NCBI GenBank assembly: GCA_964518515.1
Contig: CAZFGM010000015.1
Location: forward strand, 1 to 23,257
Direction of reading: 5' to 3'
DNA from: an uncultured Alcaligenaceae bacterium
Lineage (GTDB): Bacteria > Planctomycetota > Planctomycetia > Gemmatales > Gemmataceae
DNA length: 23,257 bases
The notes beneath the pieces are model-generated. The model was not told the DNA's origin, did not search any database, and worked only from the letters and a program-made list of their open reading frames with translations. Below, piece by piece: positions 15,220-23,221 of this stretch (positions within the stretch are counted from its first letter, which is position 1; each line of letters opens with the position of its first letter). The position numbers and the translations under genes were made by a program.

Positions 15220-16835
15220 TCGGACGCGGCAGTTATCTGAGCAACGCCTGGCTGGTCACCGGTTCGTCGCTGGCAGCGGTGGCCGTCCTGGTGTTTTTTC
15301 TGAGGATTCTGGGGAGCCCGTCGGAAGAAGTGGATTTTTCCGTCCCTGATTCAGGCTCTTCCAAACCCCTGCGCCTTTTCTGCGCGGCCGGCATGATTAA
15401 GCCGGTCACGACCGTCATTCACGATTACCGGCAAGAATACCACCACACTATCCAGGCCAATTTCGCCGGGACCGGCGAACTCATGAACAGTCTGGCCAAG
15501 GCCGGCGTGCCGGGCGACCTGTTCCTGTCGGCCGATTCCACCACCATGCGCGAAGCGGTAAGGGACGGCCTGGTCGAAGAAGTCATCCCCATCGCCCCCA
15601 TCCGCATCGTCCTGATCGTCAACCGGAAAACCCAGGAAATGCTGAAAAAACAGGGGAAACCGGTGACGGAATTGAAGGACCTGCTCCGCGACGACCTGAA
15701 GAAGGTGATGCTGGGCGCCGAGGCCACGGCCATCGGCAAGGTGGGTAAAACGCTGCTGCAACAACAACGGTTGTGGGACGTTCTGGAAGCGCGGCGCAAA
15801 GGCCCGGGCACACGCGTTTCCACCCACGGCACCGTCAATCACGTCGTGCAGACGGTGGGCCAAACGTCGGGTGCCATCGGCCTGGCCTGGGATGCCGTGG
15901 CCCAGCAATCCTCCAGTGTGGCCATCGTGCCCTTGCCCGAGGACCAAACGCTGGTCGAGCACGTGGAAATCGGCGTCCTCAAGCGCTCGGCCAACCCGCG
16001 CCGGGCCCTCCACTTTGCCCGCTACCTCACGGCCCGGGACAAGGGCCTGAAGCATTTCGGCCGCTTTGAGTTCCAGCCGGTGCCCGACGCGGACTTCTGG
16101 GAAAACAAGCCGGTCATTCACCTGGCCTCCGGGGCCATGCTGAAACCCGGCCTGCAGGACGTGCTCAAGTCCTTCGCCAAGCGCGAGGGCGTCCAGATCG
16201 ACACCACCTACCTGGGCTGCGGCCTATTAGTCAGCCAGATGGAAGCCATCCAGAGCGGCCTGAACCCGCACCGCTTTCCCGACGCCTATGCGTCCTGCGA
16301 TATCGCCTACGCGGAAAAAGTTGACCGTTACTTCGAGGCCTACAAAGTCATTCTGCAAAATGACCTTGTGTTCATCGTGCGGCGGGGGAATCCGAAGAAC
16401 ATTCAACCGTCCCTGGACGAATTGAAACGCGCCGATCTGAAACAGATCGGCCTGCCGGACCCGAAAAACTCGGCCCTGGGGGCCCTGGTCGTCAAGCTCC
16501 TCAAAGACCGCGGTTTTCCGGAAGAATTTTTGGACCGGCGCAAGAACAAAAGGCTGGTGAACGCCGATGCCGCCCATTCCCTGGTCAGCCAGATTGGTTC
16601 GCTGGACGTGGCCATCGTGGGTCGCAGCAACGCCCTGGCCAATCCCAACCGCGCCAAAGACCTCCAGGTCCTGGAGCTGGGCGTGGCCGGGGCCATGGCC
16701 ACGCAAACTTTTGCCATTGCCAAGAGTTCCCGGCACAAGTACCTGATGCAGCGCCTGCTCCGCGCCATTACCACACCGGCCAGCCTGCAACGCTTCCATC
16801 AACTGGGTTTCAACATCGAGCCGAAAGTTCCATGA
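15216..16835 (+). CDS. Membrane-anchored periplasmic binding protein with two tandem ModA/WtpA-like (molybdate/tungstate-type) binding modules
   Basis: N-terminal TM helix. First module LRLFCAAGMIKPVTTVIHDY...GDLFLSADSTTM resembles ModA (lFaAaSL...aDlFiSAd). A second, similar module occupies about 290-539. Its ATG overlaps the ATPase stop (ATGA). Confidence 0.6.
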   Translation: MIGRGSYLSNAWLVTGSSLAAVAVLVFFLRILGSPSEEVDFSVPDSGSSKPLRLFCAAGMIKPVTTVIHDYRQEYHHTIQANFAGTGELMNSLAKAGVPGDLFLSADSTTMREAVRDGLVEEVIPIAPIRIVLIVNRKTQEMLKKQGKPVTELKDLLRDDLKKVMLGAEATAIGKVGKTLLQQQRLWDVLEARRKGPGTRVSTHGTVNHVVQTVGQTSGAIGLAWDAVAQQSSSVAIVPLPEDQTLVEHVEIGVLKRSANPRRALHFARYLTARDKGLKHFGRFEFQPVPDADFWENKPVIHLASGAMLKPGLQDVLKSFAKREGVQIDTTYLGCGLLVSQMEAIQSGLNPHRFPDAYASCDIAYAEKVDRYFEAYKVILQNDLVFIVRRGNPKNIQPSLDELKRADLKQIGLPDPKNSALGALVVKLLKDRGFPEEFLDRRKNKRLVNADAAHSLVSQIGSLDVAIVGRSNALANPNRAKDLQVLELGVAGAMATQTFAIAKSSRHKYLMQRLLRAITTPASLQRFHQLGFNIEPKVP

Positions 16836-17668
16836 CTTCTTCTTTCTCCGAGACCGCCCCGCGTGCGGCCCCCAACTGGCCGTTTGTCGCCGCCCTGGCC
16901 GTTCTCGGCGGCGTCTACCTTCTTTTGATCCTCGGCATTCTTCTGGTGCAAGTTGCCTTCACCACGCCGGAGGACATGCTGGACGCCCTGGCCAACGAGG
17001 AAATCCAGTATGCTATCAAGCTCAGCCTGCTGTCGTGCACGCTGACCACCATCCTGTCGTTATGGTCCGGGACCGCTCTGGGCTATCTCCTGTCGCGTTA
17101 CGAATTTCGCGGCAAGACCTTGCTGGACGCCCTGCTGGACATTCCCATCATCTTGCCGCCGCTGGTGATCGGCCTGGCCCTGTTGATTCTCTTTCAAACT
17201 GGGCCGCTGCGCTGGTTCGACGACGAGATCATGAACGTGACGTTCGCCATTCCGAGCGTGATCATTGCCCAGTTCGCGGTCGCTTGTGCCTTCGCCGCCC
17301 GGACCATGCGCACGACGTTCGATCAGATCAGCCCGCGCGAGGAGGCGGTGGCCCTGACCCTGGGATGTACCCGCGCCCAGGCGTTCTGGAAGGTCGTGCT
17401 GCCCGATGCCCGCCGCGGCCTGTTGACGGCGGCGACCCTCGCCTGGGCCAGGTCCCTGGGCGAATTTGGACCGATCCTCATCTTTTCCGGCACCACCCGC
17501 ATGCGCACCGAGGTCTTGCCGACCACCGTGTACCTGGAATACGTCAACAGCAACCTGGAGGCGGCCGTGGCCGTGTCGCTGCTCATGGTGTTGGCCGCCG
17601 TGACGGTTTTGATCATTATGCGCTATGCGGGCGCGGAATCGCCCCTGGGAAAGGCCCTTCGCCCATGA
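16832..17668 (+). CDS. ABC transporter permease, ModB/CysTW-like (molybdate/tungstate-type transport system)
   Basis: Six predicted TM segments. EAA-loop region REEAVALTLGCTRAQAFWKVVLPDARRGLL. ATGA overlap with the upstream gene. Confidence 0.75.
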   Translation: MTSSFSETAPRAAPNWPFVAALAVLGGVYLLLILGILLVQVAFTTPEDMLDALANEEIQYAIKLSLLSCTLTTILSLWSGTALGYLLSRYEFRGKTLLDALLDIPIILPPLVIGLALLILFQTGPLRWFDDEIMNVTFAIPSVIIAQFAVACAFAARTMRTTFDQISPREEAVALTLGCTRAQAFWKVVLPDARRGLLTAATLAWARSLGEFGPILIFSGTTRMRTEVLPTTVYLEYVNSNLEAAVAVSLLMVLAAVTVLIIMRYAGAESPLGKALRP

Positions 17669-18366
17669 TCACTCTCTCCAACGTGAGCATTCATGCCGGC
17701 GGGTTTTCCCTGGCCAACGTCTCGTTCCACGTGCCCGCCGGCGGCTACGCAGTTCTCATGGGCAAAACCGGCTGCGGCAAGACCACCATCCTGGAAGCCA
17801 TTTGCGGCTTGCGACCGGTCAACGGCGGCCACATTACCTTGCGCGATCAGGAGGTAACCGCCTGGCCGCCCGCGCAGCGCGGCCTGGGTTACGTGCCGCA
17901 AGATCGCGCCCTGTTCAATACCATGACCGTGGCCGAGCACCTGGCCTTTGCCCTGACCGTGCGCCGCCGGCCGTGGCTGGAGGTGGACAACCGTGTCCGG
18001 GAACTGGCGGATTTGCTCGGCCTAGGTCGGCTCCTGCACCGTAAGCCGCGCGGTCTGTCCGGCGGCGAGGCCCAACGCGTCGCCCTGGGCCGGGCTTTGG
18101 CCTTTCAGCCGCGCATCTTGCTGCTCGATGAGCCCCTGGCCGCCCTCGATGAGGAAACCCGCGAAGAAATGTATGCTCTGTTGCAATCGGTCCGCAACCG
18201 CACTGGCGTCACCACGCTGCATGTCACGCACGATCTGAGCGAAGCCCGGCGCCTGGCGGATCAATTGCTGGTCCTCCGGGACGGCCAGGTTCGGAATTGT
18301 CCCCTGGAAGGACCTGGCGGAAATGGCCAGCAGGCTCCCCCGGAAACCCGCATTCAGCCGGGATAA
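17665..18366 (+). CDS. ABC transporter ATP-binding protein, ModC/TupC-like, with no C-terminal TOBE domain (233 aa).
   Basis: Walker A GKTGCGKTT, signature LSGGEAQRVALGRAL, Walker B LLLDEPLAALD, H-loop VTHD. ATGA overlap with the permease stop. The track ORF 17035-18366 is an artefactual extension. Confidence 0.8.
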   Translation: MITLSNVSIHAGGFSLANVSFHVPAGGYAVLMGKTGCGKTTILEAICGLRPVNGGHITLRDQEVTAWPPAQRGLGYVPQDRALFNTMTVAEHLAFALTVRRRPWLEVDNRVRELADLLGLGRLLHRKPRGLSGGEAQRVALGRALAFQPRILLLDEPLAALDEETREEMYALLQSVRNRTGVTTLHVTHDLSEARRLADQLLVLRDGQVRNCPLEGPGGNGQQAPPETRIQPG

Positions 18367-18371
18367 TACCC

Positions 18372-18644
18372 ATGCAGATCACCATCAAATACATGGCCCA
18401 GCTCAAACAAGCCGCCGCCGTGGCTGGCGAATCGGTCGAGGTGGAATCGCCCTGTGCCGTCGAAAACATCGTCCGCCTGCTGGCCCAGCGCCATGGGGAG
18501 ACCTTTCGCCGCATCGTGCTGGACGGCCAGGACCGGGTTCAGCCGGCCCTTCTTCTTTTCGTCGGCGAGGACCAAGTGCGCCCGGATTATGTCTTCCAAG
18601 ATGGCGATGTCTTGACCATCCTCGCTCCCATGGCGGGGGGATAG
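18372..18644 (+). CDS. MoaD/ThiS-family ubiquitin-like sulfur-carrier protein ending in Gly-Gly
   Basis: 90 aa, MQITIKYMAQLKQ...DGDVLTILAPMAGG. Beta-grasp length and a C-terminal GG immediately before the stop. ATG lies 6 nt after the ModC-like stop. Confidence 0.65.
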   Translation: MQITIKYMAQLKQAAAVAGESVEVESPCAVENIVRLLAQRHGETFRRIVLDGQDRVQPALLLFVGEDQVRPDYVFQDGDVLTILAPMAGG

Positions 18645-18647
18645 GCG

Positions 18648-18842
18648 CCGCGCCACCTCTCGACGCTGTATCGCGGCCTGCACTCGATCAGCTTCGTCGC
18701 CGCCTGCCGCCTTGCCTGGCTGGCCGGACGCGACTCGCGCCTCCCCAAGCGCTTCGTCCTCGTCGAGGAGAAGACCAACCTCAACGTGCCGCAGCCCAAC
18801 CTCGCCTACGCCATCGCACGCGAACACAACCCCCTTGACCAG
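18648..18842 (+). pseudogene. Start-less coding-like remnant (about 65 codons with strong GC3 bias) in frame with, and directly after, the MoaD-like TAG stop.
   Basis: In the frame of 18372: ...MAGG*APRHLSTLYRGLHSISFVAACRLAWLAGRDSRLPKRFVLVEEKTNLNVPQPNLAYAIAREHNPLDQ. Third-codon positions are almost all G/C, as in neighbouring genes. GC content and codon bias collapse after about 18842. Confidence 0.3.
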
Positions 18843-18970
18843 GGTTCAAATAAATGCACAACCGCGGCGAATTACCAGGGGGTGATAACCGGCATACTCC
18901 GTAAAGCCCCCCGAGGTGGAATCTTGGGTATTTCTTTGCAGGCCAGAAAACTCCTTGTGGAGAGTTTTTG

Positions 18971-18999
18971 TTGACAATCCCCCCGGGGAAAACCATGAT
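18971..18999 (+). promoter_or_regulatory. Candidate sigma70-like promoter TTGACA-17 nt-CATGAT for the NfeD/flotillin operon
   Basis: Perfect -35 TTGACA at 18971-18976, a 17-nt spacer, a 4/6 -10 match at 18994-18999. Sits in a lower-GC non-coding stretch. AGGAGG RBS at 19028-19033 before ATG 19041. Confidence 0.3.
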
Positions 19000-19040
19000 A
19001 CGGGAACCGTATTCCCACATTGACGAGCAGGAGGTTGGCC

Positions 19041-19637
19041 ATGGATACCGTGTACCTGGTTTGTGCTATTGTGGGGTCGGTGTTGATCGGTTGCCAGTTT
19101 CTGCTGACGCTTCTGGGTATCGGCAAGGACTTTCACTTGGGCGACCACGACGTGGGCGGCCATGACGTGGGCGGCCAAGACACCGGCCATGACGGGGAAG
19201 CGTCCTGGTTCTTTGGGATGCTCACCTTTCGCACGTTGACGGCGGCCGTGGCGTTCTTCGGCCTGGCCGGCCTGGCCGCCACCAATGCCGAAGTCGAACC
19301 CCAATACGCCCTGGGTCTGGCAGTGCTGGCCGGGGCGGGCGCCCTGTTCCTGGTGGGCCTGCTCTTGCGCTTTCTGACCAAGCTCAACGTCGATGGCACC
19401 ATCCGCATCGAGCGGGCCGTCGGCTCGCGCGGCACGGTGTACCTGAACGTGCCGGCCAGCCGCGCCGGCGCCGGCAAGGTCCACGTCAACTTCCTCAACC
19501 GCACCCTCGAATACAAGGCCATCACCGCCAACGACGCCCTGCCCACCGGCAGCCCCTGCGTCGTCGTGGGCGTGATCAATGCCGATACCGTGGAAATCGC
19601 ACCCGCCAGCGAATCCGAAAGGACCACCCATGTCTAA
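19041..19637 (+). CDS. NfeD-like membrane protein (YqiJ/YuaF family, flotillin-associated)
   Basis: N-terminal TM helices. His/Asp-rich loop HLGDHDVGGHDVGGQDTGHDGE. C-terminal soluble OB-like domain (GTVYLNVPASRAGAGKVHVNF...PCVVVGV). Overlaps the downstream flotillin gene by 8 nt. This is the conserved NfeD-SPFH gene pair. Confidence 0.75.
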   Translation: MDTVYLVCAIVGSVLIGCQFLLTLLGIGKDFHLGDHDVGGHDVGGQDTGHDGEASWFFGMLTFRTLTAAVAFFGLAGLAATNAEVEPQYALGLAVLAGAGALFLVGLLLRFLTKLNVDGTIRIERAVGSRGTVYLNVPASRAGAGKVHVNFLNRTLEYKAITANDALPTGSPCVVVGVINADTVEIAPASESERTTHV

Positions 19638-21372
19638 CCTGACCTTGTTCGCGCAGAAAACGACCGGCGTGCCCGTCTCCACCGAAGTGCTGGTGATGAT
19701 CATCGTCACGGCCCTGGTGTTTTTCAGCCTGCTCATGCTGCTGATCACCCGCTACAAGCGCTGTCCGTCGAACCGCATCCTGGTCATTTACGGCAAGTTC
19801 ACGGGCAGCGCCACCGGCACGCGCTGCCTGCACGGCGGCGCCCGCCTGGTCCTGCCCCTGGTCCAGGATTACGCCTACCTGAGCCTGGAGCCGATCCAGA
19901 TCGAAATTCCCCTCAAGGACGCCCTGTCCATTGAGAACATTCGCATCAACGTGCCCAGCGTCTTCACGGTGGCCGTCGGCGAAGACGTGGAAACCATGCA
20001 CAATGCCGCCATCCGCCTTTTGGGCCTGGAAACCCGGCAGATAAAAGAGCAGGCCGAGCACATCATCTTCGGCCAGCTCCGCCAGGTGATCGCCTCGATG
20101 CGCATCGACGACATCAACCGCCACCGCGAGCAGTTCCTGCACAATATCCAGATGTCGCTGGAGCCGGAGCTGAAGAAAATCGGCCTGGTGCTGATCAACG
20201 TCAACATCACCGACATCACCGACGAATCGGGCTACATCGAGGCGATCGGCAAGAAGGCGGCTTCCCAGGCCGTCCAGCAGGCCTTGATCGACGTCGCCGA
20301 GCAGGAAAAGCATGGGCAGATCGGCATGGCCGAGGCCGGGCGGGAAAAGGCGATCCAGGTGGCCAGCGCCACCAAGCTGCGCGAGATCGGCACGCGCGAG
20401 GCCCTGCGCGACCAGGCCGTCCGCGTCGCCCAGCTGGACAAGGAGCAAAAAGTCGGCGAGGCCACCGCCGGCCTGGAACGCGACGCCCAGATCAAGGAAT
20501 CGCAGCGCCAGCAAGCCGTGCGCATCGCCGAGCTGGACAAGGAGCAGAAAATCGGCGAGCAGACCGCCGGCTTCGAGCGCGAGGCCCAGGTCAAGAACGC
20601 CGAGCGCACGATGCGTATCGCCATCGCCGACGCCAACGCCAAGGCCATCAGCGGCGAGGCGCACGCCCAGGCCGAAGTCGTCCTGGCCCAGGCCAACTTG
20701 CAGGTCAAGCAGGCGGAGGCCTATCAGCTCGGCGAGACGCGCAAGCGCGAGTCGGAAGCGGCCGTGCTGGAAGCGCAGAACCGCGCCCTGGCCAAGGCGG
20801 CCCTGGCCGAGGCGGAAAAGGTCGAGGCCGAGCGTCGCGCCGCCGTCGAAGCGCCGGCCAAGGCCGAAAAAGCCAAGACCATCGTCCAGGCCGAGGCCGA
20901 GGCGGAAAAGCGCCGCATCGAGGCGGAAGGCCAGGCCGCCGCCACGTTCGCCAAGCTCGAGGCCGAAGCCCGCGGCCAGTACGAAATTCTCGCCAAGAAG
21001 GGCGAGGGCCTTCGCCGCATCATCGAAGCTTGCGGCGGCGCCCCGCAAGCCTTCCAGCTCCTCATGCTCGAACATCTCGACACGCTGGCCCAGACCGCCG
21101 CCCAGGCCATTTCCAACATCAAGTTCGACAAGGTCATCGTCTGGGAAAACGGCAACGGCGCCCTGGCCGGCGGCACCAGCAACACCGCCAACTTCCTGCA
21201 GAACCTGGCCCGCACCATGCCGCCCATGATGCAGATCATGAAAGACATCGGCGGCGTCGAGCTGCCCGACTACATCGCGCGCTTCACCCAGGATCAGAAA
21301 GCGGCCGATGGCGGGGCTCCCAGGGCGGAAACCAAGCCGGAGAGGGAAACGCCGTTGCCGAAGAAGGGGTAG
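19630..21372 (+). CDS. Flotillin-family SPFH-domain protein (FloT/YqiK-like) with a long Ala/Glu-rich coiled-coil region
   Basis: N-terminal TM helix, then SPFH core (RILVIYGKF...LSLEPIQIEIPLKDALSIENIRINVPSVFTVAVGED). Extended EA-repeat coiled coil (AEAEKRRIEAEGQAAA...). Conserved flotillin C-terminal block. Confidence 0.85.
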   Translation: MSNLTLFAQKTTGVPVSTEVLVMIIVTALVFFSLLMLLITRYKRCPSNRILVIYGKFTGSATGTRCLHGGARLVLPLVQDYAYLSLEPIQIEIPLKDALSIENIRINVPSVFTVAVGEDVETMHNAAIRLLGLETRQIKEQAEHIIFGQLRQVIASMRIDDINRHREQFLHNIQMSLEPELKKIGLVLINVNITDITDESGYIEAIGKKAASQAVQQALIDVAEQEKHGQIGMAEAGREKAIQVASATKLREIGTREALRDQAVRVAQLDKEQKVGEATAGLERDAQIKESQRQQAVRIAELDKEQKIGEQTAGFEREAQVKNAERTMRIAIADANAKAISGEAHAQAEVVLAQANLQVKQAEAYQLGETRKRESEAAVLEAQNRALAKAALAEAEKVEAERRAAVEAPAKAEKAKTIVQAEAEAEKRRIEAEGQAAATFAKLEAEARGQYEILAKKGEGLRRIIEACGGAPQAFQLLMLEHLDTLAQTAAQAISNIKFDKVIVWENGNGALAGGTSNTANFLQNLARTMPPMMQIMKDIGGVELPDYIARFTQDQKAADGGAPRAETKPERETPLPKKG

Positions 21373-21397
21373 CCGAGATATACCGCGACATTATTAA

Positions 21398-21481
21398 GCC
21401 GGCGAGCTTGCTCGCCGTGGAGGGGATGCTGGCCGCGGCGAGCAAGCTCGCCGGCTAAATGAAATGCCTCTTTTTTTTACG
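21398..21481 (+). terminator. Large perfect hairpin (20-bp arms) downstream of the flotillin gene, followed by a T8 run. Putative terminator / mRNA 3' stabiliser.
   Basis: GCCGGCGAGCTTGCTCGCCG (21398-21417) pairs perfectly with CGGCGAGCAAGCTCGCCGGC (21436-21455). T-run at 21471-21478. The U-tract is about 15 nt from the stem, so this is not a canonical intrinsic terminator. Confidence 0.4.
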
Positions 21482-21639
21482 ACTTTTCGTTTGGCCCTTG
21501 GCCGCCAGCCCGGGTGAGCCTTGGTCGTTTCCAACTGGGCGTCGATCAAATCTTTGGCCAGAAGGGGAGGATCCAGCCACAGTCCATTTCCAGAAGGAGC
21601 AAGGCAAGAATAAGACTAGGAGTAAGTAGGAGATGTTCC

Positions 21640-21945
21640 GTGACACTGAGCAAAGTGGAACAGGCGATCCTGGAGATTCTGGACAGACGTCCAAGCGAAG
21701 AAATCCAGGGCCGAGAATTGAGAGGTTTATTGCGAAACCGGGGGTTCCGAAGGACTGCCCCGGCATTTGTATTCACCATGATGCGGTTGGAGGACAAAGG
21801 AATGATTACGTGCCGGGATGAAGTTCGGGATGTTGAGGGCGTGGAAGTCAGAGAACGCTATTATCGCCGCAGAGAAAACCTACTTGAAAAGGAGGAATTG
21901 ACGGATACCCTGCATGATGTCTGGTTCGGCCAGGAGAAGGAGTAA
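21640..21945 (+). CDS. Small PadR-like winged-helix transcriptional regulator (about 101 aa). GTG start preferred.
   Basis: ...EIQGRELRGLL...TAPAFVFTMMRLEDKGMITCRDEV...RERYYRR fits the PadR pattern (YGYEL...G.LYP.L.RLE..G.I......RKYY.LT). TAGGAG RBS at 21627-21632 sits 7 nt before GTG 21640. Lower GC than flanks. Confidence 0.5.
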   Translation: MTLSKVEQAILEILDRRPSEEIQGRELRGLLRNRGFRRTAPAFVFTMMRLEDKGMITCRDEVRDVEGVEVRERYYRRRENLLEKEELTDTLHDVWFGQEKE

Positions 21946-22005
21946 GAGAAAGAGTAAGAGTAGAGAAAGAGAAAGAGAAAGAGAAAGAGAAAGAGTAGGG
22001 TAGGA
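21946..22005. repeat. Purine-rich hexanucleotide microsatellite (GAGAAA)n between the PadR-like stop and the DUF4432 start
   Basis: Five perfect GAGAAA units at 21963-21992 within a longer GAGWAA/GAGTAG tract (21946-22005). It abuts ATG 22006. Confidence 0.8.
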
Positions 22006-23202
22006 ATGACCCGGTTTAAATCCTGGATTTTAACCGATACGCTGCACGACGTCTGGCTCGACCAGTTCCACACGGGCAACGACCGGCTGCCGCTGGCGAC
22101 GCCGCACGGCTGGTCGGTGGGCAAGCGTACGCTGCGCGGCGGGCTGCGTGACGGCGTCGATCTGATCGAGGTCCACAACGGCGCTCTGGCTTTTAGTGTC
22201 GTGCCGACGCGCGGCATGGGCTTGTGGCAGGGGCACTATCATCAAGCGTTTCTCGGCTGGCGCTCGCCGGTGTCGGGGCCGGTGCATCCGCGGCACGTCA
22301 ACGTCAGCGAGCGCGGCCATCTCGGCTGGCTGGCCGGCTTCGACGAATGGCTGTGCCGCTGCGGCCTGGCCTGGAATGGACCGCCCGGCGAGGACGTGTT
22401 CACCGACAAGGCGGGCCGGTCGCGCCGCGATCGCTTGACGCTTCACGGCCGCATCGCCAACCTGCCGGCCCATTATGTCGAGGTCCGCGTCAGTCTCGAG
22501 CCGCCTTTCGAGCTTGGCGTGATCGGCCAGGTGGAGGAAAGCGCCCTCTTCAGCCCCCGGCTCCTCTTGACCACGACGTACACGACCGTGCCCGGCTCGA
22601 ACCGCCTGGTGATACACGACGTGGTGGACAATCGCGGCGGCGAGCCGGCCGAGATGCAGCTTCTGTATCATTGCAACGTCGGCGGGCCGTTTCTGGAAGC
22701 CGGCAGCCGAGTGGTCGTGCCGATGCGCGCGGTGGCCCCGAGCAACGCCCGCGCCGCCGAGGGCATGGACACGCTGGAAACCTACGCCGGTCCGGCGGCG
22801 GGCTTCGCCGAGCAGGTGTACTGTTACGATCCTCTGGCCGACGCCGCCGGCCGGACGCTGGCCATGCTGTACAATCGAGCCGCCGACCGCGGCCTGGTCG
22901 TGCGCTTCAACCGCCAGGAATTGCCATGCTTCACCGTGTGGAAGAACACTGCCGCCCTGGAGGATGGCTACGTCACCGGCTTGGAGCCGGCCACCAATTA
23001 TCCCAATTTCAAGACGTTCGAGCGCCAGCAGGGCCGGGTGCCGTTGCTCGCCCCGGGCGGCCGCTGGCAGGCCACCTGGAGCCTGGAAGTACACGACACG
23101 GCCGCCGGCGTGGCCGGCGTTCTGGCCGAGATCGCCAGCCTGCAAGCGCACGCCCCGGCCAGCGTGCATCGCACGCCGCACCAGCGGTTTTCGCCGGCGT
23201 AA
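22006..23202 (+). CDS. DUF4432-like protein (aldose-1-epimerase-like superfamily, function unknown)
   Basis: 398 aa soluble protein with strong GC3 bias. Assignment to DUF4432 comes from overall composition and length recollection, not a checked alignment. An antisense 383-aa ORF on the minus strand is rejected. Confidence 0.5.
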   Translation: MTRFKSWILTDTLHDVWLDQFHTGNDRLPLATPHGWSVGKRTLRGGLRDGVDLIEVHNGALAFSVVPTRGMGLWQGHYHQAFLGWRSPVSGPVHPRHVNVSERGHLGWLAGFDEWLCRCGLAWNGPPGEDVFTDKAGRSRRDRLTLHGRIANLPAHYVEVRVSLEPPFELGVIGQVEESALFSPRLLLTTTYTTVPGSNRLVIHDVVDNRGGEPAEMQLLYHCNVGGPFLEAGSRVVVPMRAVAPSNARAAEGMDTLETYAGPAAGFAEQVYCYDPLADAAGRTLAMLYNRAADRGLVVRFNRQELPCFTVWKNTAALEDGYVTGLEPATNYPNFKTFERQQGRVPLLAPGGRWQATWSLEVHDTAAGVAGVLAEIASLQAHAPASVHRTPHQRFSPA

Positions 23203-23221
23203 CCCGCATTTCTCACCAAAT

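Noticed and set aside
17035-18366. 443-aa ORF on the track
   Set aside because: The upstream portion is an out-of-frame overlap with the ModB-like permease. The ABC ATPase begins at ATG 17665 (MITLSNVSI...).
18846-19748. 300-aa minus-strand ORF, plus the shorter minus ORFs at 18781-19126
   Set aside because: Antisense to the NfeD-like gene and its promoter region. No family features.
20418-20615. Tandem repeat of about 99 nt inside the flotillin gene
   Set aside because: It is an in-frame duplication of a coiled-coil heptad block (VRVAQLDKEQKVGEATAGLER... / VRIAELDKEQKIGEQTAGFER...), typical of flotillin EA-repeat regions. It is not an independent genetic element.
19576-21075. 499-aa minus-strand ORF
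   Set aside because: Antisense to the flotillin gene. Repetitive GLG/Asp-rich low complexity mirrors the Ala/Glu repeats of the sense strand.
21455-21766. 103-aa minus-strand ORF overlapping the terminator hairpin and the PadR-like gene start
   Set aside because: No RBS and no family features. It overlaps the better-supported PadR-like gene and the hairpin region.
22030-23181. 383-aa minus-strand ORF, and the overlapping 333-aa + strand alternative frame at 22224-23225
   Set aside because: Both are Arg/Gly/Ala-rich frames overlapping the DUF4432-like CDS. Only the 22006-23202 frame has consistent GC3 codon bias and globular composition.
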